Virus record (IMG/VR): IMGVR_UViG_3300048574_000076
Coordinates: 1-27,545 of that record
Reading direction: 5' to 3' (one strand)
Source: a virus
Lineage: Duplodnaviria; Caudoviricetes
Length of the DNA stretch: 27,545 nt
The translations under genes were made by a program, and so were the position numbers. Below are positions 8,306-15,985 of this stretch, piece after piece; position 1 is the first letter of the stretch; every line of letters begins with the position of its first letter. Under the pieces are notes generated by a model. That model worked only from the letters and a program-made list of their open reading frames with translations, made no database searches and had not been told where the DNA came from.

Positions 8306-8643
8306 ACCTGCCGATCATCGCCCAGATCCCCCACGAGCTCTACACGCCGTCAGGCGAGGATGAGATCGGACTGGCGGTCGACGCCTGGACGTCCACGGCT
8401 CCAGTCGACTCTCACGGCTGGTATCCGCCGTCAGCGGACGCAGTCGGCCTTGAGCCCGGACGCCGCCCCGTCGACTGCGACATGGTGCTGATGGTGCCAC
8501 TAGGCACCGTCTGTGGAGACAGGGACCGCTGGACGCTGCCTGATGGCACCTACGCCCAGCAGGGACGCGCCGAGGACTACTCCCACGGCCCGTTCGGCAT
8601 GACCGTTCCGCTGCTGGTCTACCTCAAGCGAGTGGAGGGCTGA
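8302..8643 (+). CDS. Head-to-tail stopper
   Basis: GTGA overlap with the adaptor; GEDEIG, DRWTL and C-terminal VYLKRVEG typical of actinophage stoppers. Confidence 0.82.
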   Translation: MNLPIIAQIPHELYTPSGEDEIGLAVDAWTSTAPVDSHGWYPPSADAVGLEPGRRPVDCDMVLMVPLGTVCGDRDRWTLPDGTYAQQGRAEDYSHGPFGMTVPLLVYLKRVEG

Positions 8644-9272
8644 TGGCAGACCGCACGAATCGTGGCTACAACCTCCACCTCTGCGACGCCGATGACTGTG
8701 CTGGCGGATGGCCGCGCCTCGCCGCATGCGGATCGATCCCCTCATCTCTGCTCGGGTTCAACTACGTCAAGTCGGCAACGGCCCCCACCGGCGGCGTGCA
8801 CTTCTTCGTCGACGACTACCAGTTTGAACGGCTGTGGCGTGAGCCGGAGCGCTACACGCCATTGCTGGCTGACTTCGAATGCCTGCTGACGCCCGACTTC
8901 TCGCTCTACACGGACATGCCTGAGCCGATGCAGCGGTGGAACGTCTACAGGTCACGCGCGCTCGGCAACTACTGGCAGTTGCTCGGCCTGAATGTGATTC
9001 CGACCCTCCAATGGTCGGATGCGGCCAGCCTCCGCTGGTGCTTTGAGGGACTACCAACGGGCGGCACCGTAGCGGTGTCCACGGTTGGCGTGCGGACCAA
9101 CACGGAAGCGAGCCTCCTGTGGCTCGGGGGGATGGCGGTTGCCGCAGCAGCCTTGCGACCTTCACACATCCTCCACTACGGCGCGCCCCTAGCCGGAGCC
9201 GCATTTGAATGTCCGGTCACCTACTACCGGAACGACGTCACAGACAGGATGGAGGCCAGTCATGGGCGGTAG
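8643..9272 (+). CDS. DUF4417 domain protein
   Basis: GFNY..VHFFVDDYQFERLW..P..Y..LTPDFSLYTDMP..Q.WNVYRSR..YWQ..G.NVIPTLQWS....CFEGLP..GTVAVSTVG matches the recalled DUF4417 consensus. TGATG coupling to the stopper gene. Confidence 0.88.
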   Translation: MADRTNRGYNLHLCDADDCAGGWPRLAACGSIPSSLLGFNYVKSATAPTGGVHFFVDDYQFERLWREPERYTPLLADFECLLTPDFSLYTDMPEPMQRWNVYRSRALGNYWQLLGLNVIPTLQWSDAASLRWCFEGLPTGGTVAVSTVGVRTNTEASLLWLGGMAVAAAALRPSHILHYGAPLAGAAFECPVTYYRNDVTDRMEASHGR

Positions 9273-9591
9273 GGGTGCAAGCTCGGGCGGAAGTGGGAAC
9301 ACCCTTCAGCGCGACGGCCAGACGTTCCAGAGACGAACGGCGGGGCGTGGAGCGGGATACTTCGACATTCCCCATGAGAGTATTCGCGCGGGCGATCAGA
9401 TAAGCCTAGGCGGCGGCGCACTCGGGAAGGTGACGAGCAACGCCGTAGTCAGCCATACCGCCATGGGCGATGTCTCCCGGATCACCTACACGGATGGATC
9501 TGGGCGCAGCAACTCCATCAACTACGGCAAGGGCACCGGCCGCACGGGTGGAAGCGAGTACGTCAAGAAGCCGTCCAAGCGGCGGTCCTGA
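9262..9591 (+). CDS. Small basic Gly-rich protein with N-terminal MGGRGASSG motif (109 aa)
   Basis: GGAGG at 9251-9255 and ATG 9262 overlapping the DUF4417 stop; in frame with the supplied 9205..9591 ORF. Confidence 0.8.
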   Translation: MGGRGASSGGSGNTLQRDGQTFQRRTAGRGAGYFDIPHESIRAGDQISLGGGALGKVTSNAVVSHTAMGDVSRITYTDGSGRSNSINYGKGTGRTGGSEYVKKPSKRRS

Positions 9592-9770
9592 TGGCCGAGA
9601 CCCAGACGGTCTTCACGGACCTGCCCGTCGCCATGATGGTGAACGGCGAGGCGGTCGTCGCAGGACAGGCACAGGTGCAGGTTCAGGTCTACTCGGACGT
9701 CCGCTACGACCCCGATGAGCACTACGCCTTCCTCGAACTCGTCGACCAGGTGGTGACGACCGATGGCTAA
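9591..9770 (+). CDS. Hypothetical 59-aa acidic protein (absent from the ORF track)
   Basis: Read by hand: MAETQTVFTDLPVAMMVNGEAVVAGQAQVQVQVYSDVRYDPDEHYAFLELVDQVVTTDG. TGATG overlap at its start, overlap with ATG 9763 at its end, high GC3. Confidence 0.7.
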   Translation: MAETQTVFTDLPVAMMVNGEAVVAGQAQVQVQVYSDVRYDPDEHYAFLELVDQVVTTDG

Positions 9771-10005
9771 GGTGCGCATCCGCTGGAACAAGGGATGCTT
9801 CTCCGAACTCCGAACCCTTCCCGCAGTGATGGCCGAACTCAACGCCCACGCCGAGCGGATCGCCAAGACCGCCGGACGCGGGTTCGAGCCAAGGCCTGCC
9901 GCGAAGACGGGCGGTCGAATCCGAGGCCGCGCCGCGGTCCTCACAGCGACGCCGCGCGCGATGGTCGTGCAAGCGAAGCGACACGTCCTGGAGCAGGCGC
10001 TGTGA
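9763..10005 (+). CDS. Neck / tail-completion protein (HK97 gp10-like position)
   Basis: MAKVRIRWN..GCFSELRT..AERIA..AG..RGRAAV..A...HVLEQAL pattern; precedes the tail terminator. Confidence 0.75.
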   Translation: MAKVRIRWNKGCFSELRTLPAVMAELNAHAERIAKTAGRGFEPRPAAKTGGRIRGRAAVLTATPRAMVVQAKRHVLEQAL

Positions 10006-10385
10006 TCTTCCCCTCACCGCTCGCCGCCATGCGCGACTACCTGAACGGTCGAGCATCGTCCGCCGGGGACGCGGCGAGGGCGCACGCGGGAGTCCCCGAC
10101 CCGCGCCCAGCACGGTTCATCCGCCTCCAGCTCGCCGGCGCGACCGTGACATCCCTTGCGCACCGCGACTGCCGCATGGTCGTCGAGTGCTGGGAGAAGT
10201 CCGAGCACGAGGCAGAGCGGCTGGCGGACCTCGTCGTCGGATGGCTCGCCGAGATGGACACCAACGACGGGCACGTCCCAGCCGGTCCCGACGGCTGGCT
10301 CGGCGGACCCTACTCGCAGCCCGACCCGGACAGCGGAACACCACGGTACGTGACCACCGTCATCCTGCGACAACGCATCCAGTGA
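10002..10385 (+). CDS. Tail terminator
   Basis: GTGA overlap; VPDPRPARFIRL, VECW..SE..AERLA, GPYSQPDPDSGTPRY. Confidence 0.85.
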   Translation: MIFPSPLAAMRDYLNGRASSAGDAARAHAGVPDPRPARFIRLQLAGATVTSLAHRDCRMVVECWEKSEHEAERLADLVVGWLAEMDTNDGHVPAGPDGWLGGPYSQPDPDSGTPRYVTTVILRQRIQ

Positions 10386-10446
10386 CCTCCCCGGCGACGG
10401 GGCAAGGAAACCAAACCCTGAGGCGGCGCACCGAAAGGGAAGCATC

Positions 10447-11025
10447 ATGACCAACTCCAAGTACGTCGTCGCCGGAAAGCCCAAGATCGGCGGCGCCATC
10501 TTCCGCGGCCCCCTCACCGCAACCCTGCCGACGAGCGAGACGACCACCCTCAACGCCGCGCTCCTCGAGCAGGGCTACGCCTCCGACGACGGCCTCAAGC
10601 GGTCCATCGAGAAGGCCTACGAGACGATCCGCGCCTGGGGCGGCGACGTCGCCAAGCAGACCCGCACCGAACTCACCATCACCATCGAGTTCACCCTCAT
10701 CGAGGCCGCCAACGGCAACGTCGCGAAGACGATCTGGGGCGACACCGCGGTCGCCATCACCCCTGCGACAGCCAGCGCCGGCACGAAGATCGTCGTCACC
10801 TACAAGGGCGAGGATGTCGACAACTCGGCATGGGTGATCGACATGAAGGATGGCGGGCACGTCCGCCGCATCGTCATGCCGAACGCCCAGATCACCACCG
10901 AGAAGTTCGAGCAGACCTTCGGCGACTCCGACGTGATCGCCTACCCGGTCACCCTCACCCTCTACCAGGACTCGTCGAACAACTACTTCTACGAGTACAG
11001 CGACGACGGCATCAAGACCGCCTGA
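10447..11025 (+). CDS. Major tail (tube) protein
   Basis: VAGKPKIGGAIFRGP..GYASDDGL..IRAWGGD..FTLIE..VIDMKDG..RRIVMPNAQI..YPVTLT; GAAAGGGA RBS. Confidence 0.93.
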   Translation: MTNSKYVVAGKPKIGGAIFRGPLTATLPTSETTTLNAALLEQGYASDDGLKRSIEKAYETIRAWGGDVAKQTRTELTITIEFTLIEAANGNVAKTIWGDTAVAITPATASAGTKIVVTYKGEDVDNSAWVIDMKDGGHVRRIVMPNAQITTEKFEQTFGDSDVIAYPVTLTLYQDSSNNYFYEYSDDGIKTA

Positions 11026-11031
11026 CAGACC

Positions 11032-11076
11032 CCGGCAGGGGCGGTCTCTTGCGCGCCGCCTCACCGCCCCTGCCGG
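11032..11076 (+). terminator. Strong stem-loop after the major tail gene (attenuator or mRNA stabiliser)
   Basis: Perfect 14-bp stem CCGGCAGGGGCGGT / ACCGCCCCTGCCGG with a 17-nt loop; no U tract. Confidence 0.55.
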
Positions 11077-11112
11077 TCACCCACGAGCGCGCGCAGAGGA
11101 AAGGTGCACGCC

Positions 11113-11460
11113 ATGACCAAGCAGCCGCAGGACCACAAGCCGAAGCAGCAGCCGGGCATCCTCACCGTGACCGTCCGGGGCACCGATCTGCACATCCCGC
11201 TCGACGCGCTCGACGACTTCGAGCTGCTGGAAGACCTCAGCGAGGCACAGTCGCTTGCCGACCGCGCCGACGACGACCCCGACGCCGCCGGCCGCGCCGC
11301 CCAGATCTCGCTGTCCACCCTCCGCAGGCTCCTGCCGCCCGCCGAGATGGCCAAGGCCAAGAACGTGCTCCGCGACCCGGAGACCGGCCGGGTGAAGGCC
11401 TCCGACATGCTGCCCCTGGTCGGCGAGATCTTCGAGGCGGCCAAGAACCCAAACTCCTGA
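11113..11460 (+). CDS. Tail assembly chaperone (short form)
   Basis: Follows the major tail gene; PQDHKPK, DALDDFELL and LRDPETGRV motifs; ends NPNS. Confidence 0.88.
   Translation: MTKQPQDHKPKQQPGILTVTVRGTDLHIPLDALDDFELLEDLSEAQSLADRADDDPDAAGRAAQISLSTLRRLLPPAEMAKAKNVLRDPETGRVKASDMLPLVGEIFEAAKNPNS
11448..11454 (+). promoter_or_regulatory. Programmed -1 frameshift slippery site
   Basis: C CCA AAC fits X XXY YYZ in the chaperone frame, two codons before the stop; the -1 frame is open to 11960. Confidence 0.85.
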
Positions 11461-11960
11461 CGCTCGCGGCGCTCCTCGCCGAGCACCGCGGGCCCCTCGT
11501 CGCCGACTTCCAACGCTTCTACCACGGCACGCCGCGCGCACTGTACGACCAGGGCACACCCCTGCAAGACATCGCCGCCATGGCCGTGAACCTTCCCCGC
11601 GAAGGGGCTGTGGCCGCAGCCCTCGACCCAGAGGGAACCCGCTGGTGGACCGCCGACACCTACCTGCTCGCCCACATCGCCGACACCCTCGCACTCGCGA
11701 ACTGGCAACGAGCCGATGGCAAAGGCTCACGACCCAAGCCCATCCCGCGACCAACCTCGCCGGCGGACATGGACGTGGAGACCATCAAGGGCGACTCGGT
11801 CGAGACCATCGCCGACTTCGACGCCTGGTACCGCGAAATGTTCCCCGAACGATTCAGCGCGCCCGAGAGTGCTCAGTCCAACGAGACCCATCCCACCAAC
11901 GAACCAAGGACGGATTCTGTGGGTCCGGATACCAACCCGGCGGCGGACCCTGAGGGGTAG
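11448..11960 (+). CDS. Tail assembly chaperone long-form extension (-1 frame)
   Basis: PKLLTLAALLAEHRGPLVADFQRFY..LP..WTADTYLLAHIADTL..NWQR..RPKPIPRP, typical of the frameshifted chaperone. Confidence 0.85.
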   Translation, partial: PKLLTLAALLAEHRGPLVADFQRFYHGTPRALYDQGTPLQDIAAMAVNLPREGAVAAALDPEGTRWWTADTYLLAHIADTLALANWQRADGKGSRPKPIPRPTSPADMDVETIKGDSVETIADFDAWYREMFPERFSAPESAQSNETHPTNEPRTDSVGPDTNPAADPEG

Positions 11961-12351
11961 GCGGCGGAGCAGTAGCAGTAGGTTCGGCCAGCAACTTGCC
12001 GTTGATGCCATCGAGAATCAGTCCGCGAAGTTGCCCCGCCTCCGCTCGGGAACAACGCATATCGATGCTATTCCCGGACGTGATAACCGATACCACGTCA
12101 TTCAGCATCGTGTCCCGCTTCTGAGTCACGGACGTGATAGCCCGCATGGGGATGACCTCAACGCCGGTTCCCTTGCGGGTGTTGATGCCTGTGGCTGCAA
12201 GCGACAGGCCACCGGTGAAGACCGCCGCCGTGACTTTGGCACCCGAGACGTGCTTTGGGCGCTCCCATTCCACGCGATCCGGATAGACGCGAACCTTCGC
12301 GTTCTTGCCGTCGATGTGGCTCGTGATCTCAAGCAGCAGCGCATCCCCCAT
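11854..12351 (-). CDS. PH-like domain + DUF2510 protein (reverse-strand moron)
   Basis: C-terminal PPPGWYPDPQNPSLVRWWDGSRWTEH is the DUF2510 motif. N-terminal VYPDRVEW..EVIPMRAITSV is bacterial PH-like, with a short hydrophobic insert. Confidence 0.82.
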   Translation of the reverse strand: MGDALLLEITSHIDGKNAKVRVYPDRVEWERPKHVSGAKVTAAVFTGGLSLAATGINTRKGTGVEVIPMRAITSVTQKRDTMLNDVVSVITSGNSIDMRCSRAEAGQLRGLILDGINGKLLAEPTATAPPPTPQGPPPGWYPDPQNPSLVRWWDGSRWTEHSRAR

Positions 12352-12358
12352 GCCGCGA

Positions 12359-12364
12359 ATCGTA
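12359..12364 (-). promoter_or_regulatory. -10 box for a leaderless moron transcript
   Basis: Minus strand reads TACGAT, 7 nt, then ATG (12351); no SD and no clear -35. Confidence 0.5.
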
Positions 12365-12392
12365 CCGCCCGTGTCTACCGATCGGAGGTGGA

Positions 12393-15152
12393 ATGGCTAC
12401 CGAACTCGGCGTCGCCTACCTCTCGCTCGCCGCCTCCACCGGCCAGTTCGGCAAGGACGTCAAGCGCACCTTCGGCGACTTCGAGGCAACGGCGGAGAAG
12501 TCCTCCCGGCGGTCGGGGAGCCTGATCGGGTCTGCGCTCTCCAAGGGCCTCGGCTTCGGGGTGAAGGCCATCGCCAGCATGGGTGTGGCGATCGTCGGGC
12601 TGGCAGCCACTGGCGGCATCAACCGGGCCATTGCGATCGAGGGCGCCCAGAAGAAGCTTGAAGGGCTCGGACACTCGGCCAAGTCCATCACGGCGATCAT
12701 GGGCTCCGCCCTCGCGTCCGTTAAGGGGACCGCCTTCGGCCTCGGCGATGCGGCGACCGTTGCGGCGACTCTGACGGCGGCTGGTGTAAAGGAGGGCAGG
12801 GGGCTGGAGTCGGTCCTGAAGACCGTCGCGGACACTGCAGCCATCTCTGGCCGCTCGTTGACTGACATCGGCTTGATCTACTCATCCGTTGCCGCCCGCG
12901 GGAAGCTCCAGGGCGACGACATGCTCCAGTTGATGTCTTCGGGCATTCCCGTCCTGCAACTGCTTGCCAAGCAACTTCACACGACCTCGGCCGACGTGTC
13001 CGACATGGTGCGTAGCGGAGAGATCGACTTCAAGACCTTCGCCGCAGCGATGCAGTCCGGGATGGGTGGAGCGGCCCTCAAGTCGGGCGAGACGTTCAAG
13101 GGTGCGCTGGCGAACGTATATGCCGCCCTGGGGCGCCTCGGTGCCGTCGTAGCAACCCCGGCGCTGGCGAGCCTCAAGACCCTGTTCAACGCCGCGATCC
13201 CCGCGCTCGACGCGCTGACGGCGAAGCTCAAGCCGGTCATGGACCAGTTGGGGCCGAAGATGTCAACGGCGTTGTCGAGTGGGCTCGGATCGATCTCGAA
13301 GCTCGCGGGATCCCTTCAGGGGACGCTCGCGCCGATCTTGGGGACTGTCCGCACTTACCTGACCGGGCTGACGGCAAACGTCGACTTCGGGTCGCTGATT
13401 ACCTCCGGCTCGCAGATCATCTCGACGTTCTCGCCGCTCGGGCTGCTGTTCAAGTCGTTGCAGCCGCTGCTCCCGCAGGTCGCCTCCGCATTCTCGACGC
13501 TGGCGCAGCAGGGAATCGGGCTCCTAGTTCCGCTGGTGACACAGCTTGGTCCGCTGTTCGCTCAAGTGAGTTCCGGGCTGGTCTCCGCCGGCACTCAGAT
13601 CGGCTCGGCACTCCTGCCGGTTATCCTCCAACTCGCTCAATCGGCGATGCCTGTGCTGGTGGACGTGATCAACGCCGTGGTGCCCGTCTTCAGCCAACTG
13701 ACCGCAGCGCTGCTGCCAGTGGTCGACGTGGTGGCCCAGCTTGTCACGGCTCTACTGCCGCCATTCGCGAGCGCGATTACGGCGCTACTCCCTGCGATCT
13801 CACCGCTGGTCTCGGCGGTCCTAGGTATCGTCACGGCACTGCTGCCAGTGGTTGATATCGTGGTCCAGCTGGTGCAGCAACTCCTGCCGCCGCTCATGGC
13901 GGTGATCAACGCCCTCCTGCCGCCGATCGTCAACCTCGCTACGACCCTGGCTGGCGCTCTGGCTCCGATCATCGCAGCGATCGGTCGGATCATCACCGCA
14001 CTCATGCCGATCCTGTCGCTGCTGGTGAGCATTCTCGGGGCCATCGTTGGCGCTGTCGCGCCGGTTGTCGCCATCATCGCGGGCGGCTTGGTGAACGCGC
14101 TGTCCGCGGTGATCGGCTGGCTCGGCGGCGTCATCACCGCGATCGCCGACTTCATGGCGAACGGCATCGGGGCTATCACCTCGCTGCCGTCGGCAATCGG
14201 CGGAATCGGCGACCAGATCAGCGGCTTCTTCTCCGGCCTGTGGAGCAACATCCTCGCGGTCTCGCAGGCGATCTGGAACGGAATTGTCGCGTTCTTCCAG
14301 GGGCTGATGAAGAACCTACTGTTCATCATCATCGGCCCGCTCGGAACGCTGGTCCTATTCATCATCGCGAACTGGGACCGCATCGTGGCCGGGACGCAGG
14401 CCATCTGGAACTCGGTCGTGGCGTTCATCGCGAGCATTCCCGCGCGCATCGTGGCCGGTCTGGTCGCGCTCGCGTCGATCCCTGGCCGGGTGGCGGCATG
14501 GTTCGGCGGCGTCGTGTCGGCCATCCAGGCACGCTTCAACGCGGCGGTCGCATTCGTCGGCTCGGTGCCGGGGCGGGTGCTGTCGGGACTGGCGACGCTC
14601 GCGACCGTGCCGGCCCGGGTCGCCGCCTGGTTCGCAGGAGTCGTGACCGCGGCGAGTTCGAAGTTCGGCGAGGTGGTGACCTTCATCAAGGGCGTGCCTG
14701 GCAAGATCACTGCCGCGCTGGGCAGCCTTGGAAGCCTGCTGGTGAACGCTGGGCGGTCCCTCGTGAACGGCTTCCTGCGAGGGATTAAGTCCGCGTGGGA
14801 CGGCCTCGTGTCCTGGGTCAAGGCGGGCATGTCCAACCTTCGCGGGCTGTGGCCTTTCAGCCCGGCGAAGTGGGGTCCTTTCAGCGGACACGGCTACGTC
14901 ACCTATTCGGGCAAAGCGCTTGGTGAGGACTTCGCGGCCTCCCTGATGGCTCAGCGGAGCCGGGTCCAGAACGCGGCATCGAGCCTGATGGGCGCAGCAC
15001 AGATCAGCGCACCTACCCCGACCGTGACCTCTTCTGACTCGGGCACTTCGGGGCCGCTGGTCGCCGTCACTACCTACAACCCGCAGGCAGAGCCCACCTC
15101 CGTGACCGTTAACCGCGCGCTCCAGACGCTGGCCCAGGTGGGGAGGTGGTGA
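12393..15152 (+). CDS. Tape measure protein
   Basis: 919 aa. MATELGVAYLSL start, tape-measure N-domain (ARGKLQGDDMLQL), 11-residue LLP repeats, W/F repeats and C-terminal PFSPAKWGPFSG. Confidence 0.96.
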   Translation: MATELGVAYLSLAASTGQFGKDVKRTFGDFEATAEKSSRRSGSLIGSALSKGLGFGVKAIASMGVAIVGLAATGGINRAIAIEGAQKKLEGLGHSAKSITAIMGSALASVKGTAFGLGDAATVAATLTAAGVKEGRGLESVLKTVADTAAISGRSLTDIGLIYSSVAARGKLQGDDMLQLMSSGIPVLQLLAKQLHTTSADVSDMVRSGEIDFKTFAAAMQSGMGGAALKSGETFKGALANVYAALGRLGAVVATPALASLKTLFNAAIPALDALTAKLKPVMDQLGPKMSTALSSGLGSISKLAGSLQGTLAPILGTVRTYLTGLTANVDFGSLITSGSQIISTFSPLGLLFKSLQPLLPQVASAFSTLAQQGIGLLVPLVTQLGPLFAQVSSGLVSAGTQIGSALLPVILQLAQSAMPVLVDVINAVVPVFSQLTAALLPVVDVVAQLVTALLPPFASAITALLPAISPLVSAVLGIVTALLPVVDIVVQLVQQLLPPLMAVINALLPPIVNLATTLAGALAPIIAAIGRIITALMPILSLLVSILGAIVGAVAPVVAIIAGGLVNALSAVIGWLGGVITAIADFMANGIGAITSLPSAIGGIGDQISGFFSGLWSNILAVSQAIWNGIVAFFQGLMKNLLFIIIGPLGTLVLFIIANWDRIVAGTQAIWNSVVAFIASIPARIVAGLVALASIPGRVAAWFGGVVSAIQARFNAAVAFVGSVPGRVLSGLATLATVPARVAAWFAGVVTAASSKFGEVVTFIKGVPGKITAALGSLGSLLVNAGRSLVNGFLRGIKSAWDGLVSWVKAGMSNLRGLWPFSPAKWGPFSGHGYVTYSGKALGEDFAASLMAQRSRVQNAASSLMGAAQISAPTPTVTSSDSGTSGPLVAVTTYNPQAEPTSVTVNRALQTLAQVGRW

Positions 15153-15985
15153 TGACCAACCCGGTCGACTTCCAGGTCAATGGGCTCTCACTCGCCTCTG
15201 CTCTTGGGTTGACGCTGACCTCGGATACGACGTGGCGCGCCGAGGTGAAGACTCGTCAGAGCCCAATCACCATTCCCGGTCAGCACGGTGCGCTCAATGT
15301 GGGCCTGCCCGTCTATGAGTCCGGTCAGGTCGTAGCCAATGCGTGGGCGTTAGCTGCGAATCAGGCGGCCCTGGAGACTGCCATCAACCAGTTCATCGCC
15401 TTGTGTGCCGCGCCGACCGTGACGCTCACACGCGTGTCGGGTGGCCTGACTCAATCTGCGGTGGTCCGCCTCGTCTCGATCAACCATCCGAACTTCGTGC
15501 CCGGCTCCGCCTCGCGCATCGTGATCGCCCTCTCCATCCCCGGCGTGTTCTTCCGCAGTGCGGTCGCGACCTCGCCGGACCTGGCCTACAGCGGCAACCT
15601 GACGAACATCGAGATCGCGATCTTGTCGGGGTCGACGGCCCCGATCGGTGACGCGGTGCTGCGGGTCACCGGGCCCCGCACGAACCCGTACGTCACGGAT
15701 CCGTCGACCGGGACGGGCATCTACTGGGCGGGCACGGTGCCTGCCAGCCAGTACCTGTATCTGTGCGCGAACCCGGTGTCGGCGCGCTTGTCGACGTCGT
15801 CGTCGGCGTGGACATCGGGCGGCACGGATGTCTCTGGCGCGGTGAGCTTCCCGGCGGCGGGCCGGTTGCAGTTGTGGCCGGTGGTGCAGTCCGCGACGGT
15901 CCGCAAGGTGCTGCTGTCCGCCACAGGCACGGGCGGCACGGCCGCGTCGAAGCTCGCGGTCCGGGCGCAGGGGAGCTACCTGTGA
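15152..15985 (+). CDS. Distal tail (Dit)-like minor tail protein
   Basis: TGATG coupling to the tape measure gene; ITIPGQHG and GSTAPIGDAVLRVTGP motifs; position. Confidence 0.8.
   Translation: MTNPVDFQVNGLSLASALGLTLTSDTTWRAEVKTRQSPITIPGQHGALNVGLPVYESGQVVANAWALAANQAALETAINQFIALCAAPTVTLTRVSGGLTQSAVVRLVSINHPNFVPGSASRIVIALSIPGVFFRSAVATSPDLAYSGNLTNIEIAILSGSTAPIGDAVLRVTGPRTNPYVTDPSTGTGIYWAGTVPASQYLYLCANPVSARLSTSSSAWTSGGTDVSGAVSFPAAGRLQLWPVVQSATVRKVLLSATGTGGTAASKLAVRAQGSYL

Noticed and set aside
10830-11447. 5' part of the 376-aa ORF as a real gene
   Set aside because: Arg-rich off-frame reading over the major tail and chaperone genes; only the part after the slippery site is coding.
11716-12525. 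269-aa plus-strand ORF across the chaperone-tape measure gap
   Set aside because: It is the antisense shadow of the DUF2510 gene, which has the recognisable domain.
13637-14836. 399-aa antisense ORF within the tape measure gene, and similar long shadows (811-1725, 4248-5192, 24419-25759, 24466-26136)
   Set aside because: These are expected stop-poor shadow frames of high-GC3 genes, and the translations are not protein-like.
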